In this document: one piece after another, positions 27,225 through 34,039 of the stretch
How positions within the stretch are numbered: position 1 is the first letter of the stretch
Layout of the letters: each line of letters opens with the position of its first letter
NCBI GenBank assembly: GCA_043813605.1
Contig: JBDRKX010000084.1
Span: 1-34,039, forward strand
Origin: Elusimicrobiota bacterium
GTDB taxonomy: Bacteria > CG03 > SLGR01 > JBDRKX01
Direction of reading: 5' to 3'
Length of the DNA: 34,039 nt
Notes under the pieces: generated by a model
Database searches by the model: none
What the model saw: only the letters and a program-made list of their open reading frames with translations
What the model was told of the DNA's origin: nothing
Program-made: the position numbers and the translations under genes

Positions 27225-30200
27225 AAAGATTCCTGAGCATATTCATATCGGTACTGTTTGTGATCGCGCCTGTAATGGGCCGCGCTGAGACAGGTTCTTT
27301 TGTGGTCCAGGCAGTAATAGAAGCAGCTATTGATACTCCGGTGCTCAGTGTTCCTGAAAACGATACTGACGGAGATTATAGTGTAACCTGGAGTTCGGTA
27401 ACATTAGCGGGTATATATCAGCTTGAAGAGAGTGCTGATCCGGGGTTTACCAGTACTGCCCAGTACTGGCCTACGCCTGCAACCCAGTCGTTTACAGGTA
27501 AAGATGACAGTACATATTATTACAGAGTAAAGGCCTGGACAGATACTCCCGAAAACGGTGGGCATTCCAGTACATGGAGCTCTTCAGCTTCTATAACAGT
27601 GAATTCGGGTGTAATCGTAAAAAGAATAAACTGTAATGGGTCTGATCTTATTACTGCGCAGGGAGAGATATTCTCGGCTGATATTGCTTATAGTACAGTA
27701 AGCGCAATGGGATATGTGCTGGGCGGTTCCGCTTCTGTATCAACTGATTCGATAGCAGGTACTGAAGATGATGCTCTTTACCAATCTAGCAGGTACGGGA
27801 ACCTTGAATACCGTTTTGACCTTCCGGCAGGCATGTATAATATCACTTTAAAATTTGCAGAGACCGGCTACAGTTCAGCGGGAAGCAGAGTATTCAATGT
27901 ATATGTCCACGATCTTGACACAAATAACAGGGGAATAAAAGTGCTCGGGGATTTTGATGTATGCGCGGTCGCCGGCGACAGTAATACCGCTGTTGACAGG
28001 ACTTTCTCAAACATAACGGTAAACGAAGGTTTTCTGAAGATAACTTTCGAGGGGATAACGAATCTTCCGGCAGTGTCGGCAATAGAAGTGAAAGAGACAC
28101 CGTATGTTATAGGCGACATAGGGATGTCGGACGATGCCTTTATTGATATGGTGGAATACAAAGCGTTCAAATGGTTCTATGATAATGTTTCTGCTCCTTA
28201 TTACCTTGTTTCAGCATGGGGTCCACATGATGATTACGCCTTTATGGTTGATACAAACATCGCGGGAATCGGTTTTCAGATGATTGTATACTGCGTTGCT
28301 GTCGAGCGCGGGTGGATGACATATCAGGAAGCTTATAACAGGATAAAAGGTATGTTTCAGGGGATAAACCTGATGAAACAGGGTGAAGCTCCCTATGATA
28401 ATCCGTATGAGACTTACTGGCACTATTACGAACGGCTCAACCCGACCGAACCGCTTCCGGCACAGGACACTGTAAGGTCAATATTTGATAATGGCGACTT
28501 TATGATGGGCGTTGTATTTGCTGAGGAATATTTCAAGGGAACTGAGATAGAACTGCTGGCAAAACAGGTTTATGAATCACTTGACTGGAATAAGTTCGGT
28601 GACTATACACATCCTACATATTCTGAAGAGATGATAGCTGTCCTTCTCGGCGCATCAGCACCAAGGGCTTCCTGCAGGAACAATACGATGATAGCCGGTT
28701 TTAATAACGCAAGTGACGGGTTGCTGACTACTCCGCTTTATTTTTACCAGTGGTTCGATAACTTTTACGACGGCAGGGAAAAAACTCCTCCGAGCGGAAG
28801 GGATGATTTCCAGTACGCTGTGAATTCGACGCTTGCAAACAGGCAGATGCATATAACTGAATGGCAGAACGATCCTGTTGAATATAATACTTACGACTGG
28901 GATACCTGGGGTCTTACAGCAGCCTCCCATGACGGCGATTACGGTTTTGCCGGATTTTACGGTGGAGATGTAAATCCGTTTGCCGCAGCGGCATCGATGC
29001 CTTTTACACCTACAGAAAGTCTGAACGCAATGAAACACATGTACTACAGGTTCTATAAAAACGGATTCAGGTCGTACATAGGTCCTATATGGTCTGACAT
29101 GTACGGCTTCTGTCAGACATACAATATAGGTTCTACTTCTGCCGGATCACCTTTTTATAAATCCACGGGTAACGGCGCGTTCGATTACGGTTCTATCGTT
29201 ATGGGACTTGAGAATTACAGGAGCGGTTTTGTCTGGAATACCGCAATGAACAGTGACTATATAAAAGCGGGACTTTACAGGATAGGCGTATCCGGTTATG
29301 ATACGCCGCTCGCAGTCAACATTGCTGAGAACAGACCTGTAACTGCGTCAAGTGTAAACGGTACAAATACTGCAGCTAGTGCAGTTGACGATAATCTGAT
29401 AACAAGATGGGAATCCGACTGGTCTGCAACTAACCAGTGGATATATGTGGACCTTGAGGATACCTTTGATATAGATAAGGTGGAGATATACTGGGAAGAG
29501 GCATGTGCCAAATCATACAAAATACAGACTTCATATGACGCTGTCACATGGACTAATGTGTATGCAAAAAGCTCGAATGCCGGTGCAGTGAACAGGATAA
29601 TTTTCAGTACACCTGTAAACGGAAGGTATGTCAGGGTATTATGTACGGAAAAAGCGCTCACGGATTACGGTTATTCCATATGGGGATTGAAGGTCTTCGG
29701 TACTGAAGCCGGTTCGATAGATACTCCCGTTATAGCAGTGCCTTCGACCGATGATGACGGAGAATATGTCGTGAGCTGGAACAGCGTATCCGGGGCGGCG
29801 ATATACCAGTTGCAGGAAGATACAGTAGATACTTTTGACAGCGCTGACAACAGGGAATTCTGGGCGGCCGGGATTTCCGAGAATATTACAGGCAGAACTG
29901 AAGGTGTCTACTATTACAGAGTGAAAGCCTGGACTGCATCACCTCAAAGCGGCGGAATGCCCAGTGACTGGAGTGGTACAGAATCATTAGAAGTAAATTC
30001 AGGTACGACATTGATAGATAATTTCGATGACGGGGATGATAGTAACTTATTCGGTGGTACAAATGGTCCATGGGGAGATGGTGTTACAAGGTCTTTTGAT
30101 GCGGGTTCTTTAAAGTTGGACTACAATATTGACGGGTGGTCGGCCTTCTCATTCGGAATCGGGTCCGGTCACAATAATTTTACTTCTTATACCAATCTGA

Positions 30201-30457
30201 CTTTCTATATTAAAGGTACTGCAGACTACTATGGAATAGCCATGAAAGATGGTTCTAATAATGAAGTCATACTTCCTATAAATAGTTATATAGCGGGCGT
30301 AGCTGTAACGGGTATTTATAATAAAGTTACCGTTCCGTTGAGTGCATTCGCAAGTGTGAATAAGTCAGATGTAATATTTATATGGGTGAATTTTGATTCC
30401 GGTAGTATGTCCAATACTGTCGGTGCGGTTAACATCGAGGATCTGGCGCTTGAATAA
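27221..30457 (+). CDS. Secreted modular glycoside hydrolase: Fn3 - malectin - GH144/glycoamylase-like - F5/8C (CBM32) - Fn3 - CBM11-like
   Basis: Malectin: RINCNG, EDDALYQSSRYG, LKFAE, RVFNV. Catalytic domain: IAGIGF..VAVERGW, WGLTAAS, AAAASMPFTP, YGF, LENYRSGFVW. CBM32: AVDDNLITRWES, WIYVDL, RYVRV, YGYSIW. Confidence 0.85.
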   Translation: MKRFLSIFISVLFVIAPVMGRAETGSFVVQAVIEAAIDTPVLSVPENDTDGDYSVTWSSVTLAGIYQLEESADPGFTSTAQYWPTPATQSFTGKDDSTYYYRVKAWTDTPENGGHSSTWSSSASITVNSGVIVKRINCNGSDLITAQGEIFSADIAYSTVSAMGYVLGGSASVSTDSIAGTEDDALYQSSRYGNLEYRFDLPAGMYNITLKFAETGYSSAGSRVFNVYVHDLDTNNRGIKVLGDFDVCAVAGDSNTAVDRTFSNITVNEGFLKITFEGITNLPAVSAIEVKETPYVIGDIGMSDDAFIDMVEYKAFKWFYDNVSAPYYLVSAWGPHDDYAFMVDTNIAGIGFQMIVYCVAVERGWMTYQEAYNRIKGMFQGINLMKQGEAPYDNPYETYWHYYERLNPTEPLPAQDTVRSIFDNGDFMMGVVFAEEYFKGTEIELLAKQVYESLDWNKFGDYTHPTYSEEMIAVLLGASAPRASCRNNTMIAGFNNASDGLLTTPLYFYQWFDNFYDGREKTPPSGRDDFQYAVNSTLANRQMHITEWQNDPVEYNTYDWDTWGLTAASHDGDYGFAGFYGGDVNPFAAAASMPFTPTESLNAMKHMYYRFYKNGFRSYIGPIWSDMYGFCQTYNIGSTSAGSPFYKSTGNGAFDYGSIVMGLENYRSGFVWNTAMNSDYIKAGLYRIGVSGYDTPLAVNIAENRPVTASSVNGTNTAASAVDDNLITRWESDWSATNQWIYVDLEDTFDIDKVEIYWEEACAKSYKIQTSYDAVTWTNVYAKSSNAGAVNRIIFSTPVNGRYVRVLCTEKALTDYGYSIWGLKVFGTEAGSIDTPVIAVPSTDDDGEYVVSWNSVSGAAIYQLQEDTVDTFDSADNREFWAAGISENITGRTEGVYYYRVKAWTASPQSGGMPSDWSGTESLEVNSGTTLIDNFDDGDDSNLFGGTNGPWGDGVTRSFDAGSLKLDYNIDGWSAFSFGIGSGHNNFTSYTNLTFYIKGTADYYGIAMKDGSNNEVILPINSYIAGVAVTGIYNKVTVPLSAFASVNKSDVIFIWVNFDSGSMSNTVGAVNIEDLALE
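27329..30004 (+). repeat. Intragenic duplication of an Fn3-like module (copies at about 27329-27610 and 29717-30004)
   Basis: Both copies read IDTPV..VP..D.DG.Y.V.W.SV..A.IYQL.E...YYYRVKAWT..P..GG..S.WS...S..VNSG; similarity is also visible at DNA level (TATTACAGAGT.AA.GCCTGGAC). Confidence 0.9.
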
Positions 30458-32045
30458 GATAAAAAGGATCGTATTAACAGCAACTATATTGTCTCTTTTG
30501 CTTTTCACGGGCAGCACTGTGAATGCCGTGAACTGCACGAAAGCCGTATACAATATTGCTGATAATCAGCCAAGTAACAGCATCACATTCAATAACGGTT
30601 CAGGAGATTCCTACAAACTGGCAAACCAGTACATAAGGCTGGATTATCAGTTTAACCAGGATATAAAAGAATGGAAGATAGAGCTCAAGGGCGAACTCAG
30701 GAATATAAAACATAACCATATTAATATACCGCTGGCATGCAGGATCGAAGACTCCGCCGCGGTTCCTGCTGCATTCGATCCTGATTCTGATAACAGCGGC
30801 TGGTATTCGATAATGAACGGTGCGGGAATGATGTCCGGCACTGACACAAATTCTTATAAAGCGGGCGGGAACAGTTGCGGTTCTCCCGTATACATTTATA
30901 TGGAAGGAGATTTCAGTATCGCTGCCGCCGGCGGTTATACCGGTTCTATAGAACTCATATTTTATGACCTTACTGACAAGGTAAACCCGAAGATAGTGCA
31001 TATTCCGATAGCCAAGATCGGCATGGTAGGTAACAGGATAGTCATCGAGGCTGATGTCACTGATGACAGGAAAGTAGTCGGTACAGAGCTGAATTACAAG
31101 ATCAACGGCGGGGACTGGCAGAAAAGACAAATGAATATGGAGGGACAAGCAGAGATAGTAAAACGCTGTTATTCCGTGTTTGAGCCCGAGGAACTGACCG
31201 GGAGCAACATATTCAAGTATTATTTAGAAGCGTCTGACGGAACCAATGTCGAGACCTGGAAGAGCCAGGCGGATCCGCAGAATATCAACATATCAAGGAT
31301 CACTAAATTTCCAAAGATAAAAACGGGGTTCTTAAAGATAGAAGACGGTAATCCTGATGATGGTGAAACCAGCCTTGAACTTACTGAAGGCTCAGTTGAC
31401 GGAGATCTGGAGATAACTATCGAGCAGTGTGATATGGACAGTATAACCATACCTGAGGGTACGGGAGCTGCATCTTCAAAAAAACCGGTTGCCGTTTACA
31501 GGCTTGAGCCTGACAGATATGTTTTCAAGAAACCGATAAAATTGACGCTTCTTTATTTCGATCTGCTTCAGACAGGAACTGTCCAGATGCCGGGCGCGCC
31601 GAGTCCGGGTGTTAATGAAACCGAACTGGGACTTTTCTACTGGGATGATTTCGAATGGAGACTTGTCAGCAGGGATGTAGACAAAGACAACAATACGGTT
31701 ACGGGAACAATAACTCATTTCTCAATGTATGCTATCTTCCCGGTGAGCCCGTTGACCGCGGCCGATTACAGGCCTAAAAGGAAGATAATCACACCGGCAA
31801 CACCTGACACAATCAATGATACAGCAGGTTTTGATGCGATGCCGGCTGAATTTGAGATAAAGATCTATGATATAACAGGAAGACTTGTAAGAACCATAGA
31901 TGAGACAGATAACAGCGGGGCGAACTGGGACGGTGCGGATGAGTACGGTAATATTGTCGAAAGCGGAGTATATATATATCAGTTCAGAGCCGATGTGAAC
32001 GGGGAACAGGAATTAATAAGCGGGACCATAGCGGTGGCAAAATGA
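30450..32045 (+). CDS. Secreted protein: pilin-like domain, Ig-like and ZU5-like domains, C-terminal FlgD-Ig/T9SS-type sorting domain
   Basis: TTG start at 30450 behind GAGG; signal peptide; IEADVTDD..V..Y (Ig-like); YRLEP..YVFKKPIKLTL..ITHFSMYA; IITP..D.IND, IKIYDITGRLVRTI, WDGADEYGNIVESGVYIYQ, SGTIAVAK. Confidence 0.78.
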   Translation: MNKIKRIVLTATILSLLLFTGSTVNAVNCTKAVYNIADNQPSNSITFNNGSGDSYKLANQYIRLDYQFNQDIKEWKIELKGELRNIKHNHINIPLACRIEDSAAVPAAFDPDSDNSGWYSIMNGAGMMSGTDTNSYKAGGNSCGSPVYIYMEGDFSIAAAGGYTGSIELIFYDLTDKVNPKIVHIPIAKIGMVGNRIVIEADVTDDRKVVGTELNYKINGGDWQKRQMNMEGQAEIVKRCYSVFEPEELTGSNIFKYYLEASDGTNVETWKSQADPQNINISRITKFPKIKTGFLKIEDGNPDDGETSLELTEGSVDGDLEITIEQCDMDSITIPEGTGAASSKKPVAVYRLEPDRYVFKKPIKLTLLYFDLLQTGTVQMPGAPSPGVNETELGLFYWDDFEWRLVSRDVDKDNNTVTGTITHFSMYAIFPVSPLTAADYRPKRKIITPATPDTINDTAGFDAMPAEFEIKIYDITGRLVRTIDETDNSGANWDGADEYGNIVESGVYIYQFRADVNGEQELISGTIAVAK

Positions 32046-33025
32046 TGAAGTACATCAATAAAATCTTTATACTTGCAGCTGCCCTGATAATGATCTCGGA
32101 ATACGGGGTCAATGCCGCTTTTAAGGAACTTGGCTGGAGTGCGCGTTCTGCGGGAATGGGCGGCGCGTATACAGCTGTCAGTGATGATTCGGGCGGGATA
32201 CTCTATAATCCGGCAGGTATAGTCCAGGTTGAGGATTATGAAGCGAATTTTATGTATGCCAAGCTTTTTTACGGGCTGGATGAAGTCGACCTTGGACTTA
32301 ACTACGGCGCTTTCCTGGTTCCGGTGGCGGATATCGGTACATTCGGTGTGAACTGGGCTAATTTTGTATCTGGAGACCAATACGCTGAAGATATCCTCAC
32401 CATAGCTTATGCCAGAAGGATAAATGACCTTGTCAGGAAATATTTCAGGAAAAGGCTTGTTCCTGAAATGTCCTTCGGAATAAACATCAAATACCTTACA
32501 CATTCATATACACTCGACAAATATGCTGAGGACGATCCGGTTTTTGATGACGGGAACTCTTCATCGGGGGTCGCCCTTGATATGGGTCTCTGGTCAAAGC
32601 CTGTGCCTGACCTGTTGCCCGGTTTTACGGCCGGACTTATGTTTAAAAACATAAATCAGCCGGATGTCGGATTAAATACAAAAGATCCTGTCCCTATGGA
32701 ACTCAGGGTCGGGCTGGCCTATAAGGAGAGAAGATTGCGCCGGCTGGAAAATATCCTTACAGCTATTGACCTCGTATATCGTAATCAGGAATGGGGAAGC
32801 AATGATGATAAACTGAACCTGCATTTTGGTCTGGAAGCATGGGTTTTTGACAGGCTGCTCGGTTTTAGACTCGGGAAGAACATAAACGAACTTGCCGCGG
32901 GGTTCACAATTAACATGCCGGAAGCGTTTAATCTGGATATAAGGCTTGATTATGCGTTCTTATGGCCATGTAAGATAGAGGAAACTCTCGGCACTCACAG
33001 GATTTCCTTTACATACAGATTTTAA
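32042..33025 (+). CDS. PorV/PorQ-like outer-membrane beta-barrel (T9SS-associated family)
   Basis: Signal peptide, SARSAGMGGAYTAVSDD...YNPAG, amphipathic strands, RLDYAF, C-terminal THRISFTYRF ending in Phe. Confidence 0.8.
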   Translation: MMKYINKIFILAAALIMISEYGVNAAFKELGWSARSAGMGGAYTAVSDDSGGILYNPAGIVQVEDYEANFMYAKLFYGLDEVDLGLNYGAFLVPVADIGTFGVNWANFVSGDQYAEDILTIAYARRINDLVRKYFRKRLVPEMSFGINIKYLTHSYTLDKYAEDDPVFDDGNSSSGVALDMGLWSKPVPDLLPGFTAGLMFKNINQPDVGLNTKDPVPMELRVGLAYKERRLRRLENILTAIDLVYRNQEWGSNDDKLNLHFGLEAWVFDRLLGFRLGKNINELAAGFTINMPEAFNLDIRLDYAFLWPCKIEETLGTHRISFTYRF

Positions 33026-33087
33026 TTAATGATTATAAATGATAATGTAAAGTCATATTATGAATAAGTGAAATGGCACACCAAATC

Positions 33088-33116
33088 TTGCCAGTACAAA
33101 TAAAATAAGGTATAAT
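33088..33116 (+). promoter_or_regulatory. Near-consensus sigma70 promoter for the CBM lipoprotein unit
   Basis: TTGCCA-17 bp-TATAAT; GGAGGT SD before the ATG at 33162. Confidence 0.75.
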
Positions 33117-33161
33117 TTAATTCTAATTGCGTAGTTAGATGTTTGTGAAGGGAGGTAAGAA

Positions 33162-33812
33162 ATGAGAATAAGTAAATCTACATTGACTGCACTATTCTGT
33201 TTTTCTGTCTTGATGACGGGTTGCGCGACAATACAGGAAGCTGGCAGCGGTAGCAGTGCAAGGCCGAAAGCGGCGCCTAGTGTCATGAAGAAAGTTACGC
33301 CGGATAAGCTCATGATCGCCGATTTTAATGCCGGAGTCAGGCCCAACCTGATAGGCGGGGATTTCGGAGCATGGGACAGGGATCCCGGCGATCCGACGCA
33401 GTTCTGTGAAGCTGAATTCAGCACCGAGGTAAAAGCCGGTATGGAAGGGTCTTCCATGAAACTCACGTATGATGTCGATTCCCCTGAATCAGCATTCAAT
33501 GGTTTCTGGATGAAGCTGGAAGGTACTGATTTCAGTACATATAACAGTATTGTCTTCTCGGTAAAAGGTGAAACAAAGGACGGTTTTACGGACAAACTCG
33601 TGATCGAACTGAAAAGCCCGAACGATGAAACCGGAAAAAATATGGTGAGCGGCATAACTGCTGAATGGCAGGAGTTCGTATTGCCTCTTTCGAGTTTCAG
33701 CGGTCTTAGCAGCTATGCACAATTGAGTGAATTCGTAGTTGTCTTCGATGACACTAACTCGTCACCTAAAACCGGAGTTATCTATTTAGACAACATTTAT
33801 GTGAAGAAATAG
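33162..33812 (+). CDS. Lipoprotein with CBM11/CIA30-like carbohydrate-binding domain
   Basis: Lipobox LMTG-C; IADF...NLIGG...W, MKLTYDV, DFSTYNSIVFSVKG, EWQEFVLPLSSF, GVIYLDNI. Confidence 0.78.
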   Translation: MRISKSTLTALFCFSVLMTGCATIQEAGSGSSARPKAAPSVMKKVTPDKLMIADFNAGVRPNLIGGDFGAWDRDPGDPTQFCEAEFSTEVKAGMEGSSMKLTYDVDSPESAFNGFWMKLEGTDFSTYNSIVFSVKGETKDGFTDKLVIELKSPNDETGKNMVSGITAEWQEFVLPLSSFSGLSSYAQLSEFVVVFDDTNSSPKTGVIYLDNIYVKK

Positions 33813-33834
33813 AAAACCAGACTGGCCGTAATAT

Positions 33835-34039
33835 ATGTCAGTTTTCAATAAATGGAGATCTCAGGTATATGCAGTCTCCATATTATCTCTATTCTTTACT
33901 ATCTCATCAATAGACGGTGTCAGATCGGACACCGGAGACAGGAGGGTCATTGCCGTCGATGATTTTGAATCAGAAAGCACGCTGAACCTCCTCGGCGGCA
34001 ATACCAATCCGTGGGAAAACACTCCAGACGAAAACAGCG
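33835..34039 (+). CDS. 5' part of an exported protein with another CBM11-like domain (runs off the window)
   Basis: Translated by hand: MSVFNKWRSQVYAVSILSLFFTISSIDGVRSDTGDRRVIAVDDFESESTLNLLGGNTNPWENTPDENS. Open to the window end, with the same DF..NLxGG..W motif as the preceding gene. Confidence 0.75.
   Translation, partial: MSVFNKWRSQVYAVSILSLFFTISSIDGVRSDTGDRRVIAVDDFESESTLNLLGGNTNPWENTPDENS

Noticed and set aside
33074..33091. TGGCAC...TTGC resembling a sigma54 -24/-12 promoter
   Set aside because: Spacing is TGGCAC-N8-TTGC rather than the strict N5. The TTGCCA is better explained as the -35 of a sigma70 promoter.
127..33722. Numerous alternative-frame and antisense ORFs in the track (e.g. 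1246..1752 +, 2578..3264 -, 15660..16418 -, 21806..22375 -, 33053..33655 -)
   Set aside because: They overlap well-supported genes, lack recognisable motifs and read as shadow ORFs.
1..34039. CRISPR arrays, transposases, integrases, reverse transcriptases, known defence systems
   Set aside because: No periodic direct repeats, terminal inverted repeats or matching protein motifs were seen.

Overview
Gene-dense bacterial chromosomal window, almost entirely + strand, with no rRNA, tRNA, CRISPR array or mobile element visible. The host is likely a diderm; the PorV-like barrel and FlgD/T9SS-type C-terminal domain tentatively suggest Elusimicrobiota or a similar lineage. Layout: (1) a minus-strand pair, a zinc anti-sigma factor and a secreted unknown protein, under an ECF-type promoter; (2) a signalling and envelope run: REC, histidine kinase, REC-HD-GYP, flavodoxin/WrbA-like, YgjP/M48, GT4, peptidase-MA-TPR, GGDEF-HEAT, DUF4416, DHH-CBS-tRNA nucleotidyltransferase; (3) a housekeeping operon: M50 protease, trpS, scpA, scpB, pheA, hisC, aroF, aroA-like, cmk, plsC; (4) an accessory locus from about 23.1 kb: two tandem LacI paralogs, an HhH-fused pilin-like secreted protein, a chaperone-like protein, a 1078-aa modular GH144-like glucanase, a pilin-like/Ig/CTD protein, a PorV/PorQ-like barrel and CBM11-like proteins. 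The two most notable observations are a candidate usher-less, donor-strand-assembled surface scaffold displaying a glycoside hydrolase (inference from motifs) and a full-length AroA homolog with a systematically rewritten PEP/catalytic site. All calls come from reading motifs by eye; no searches were run.
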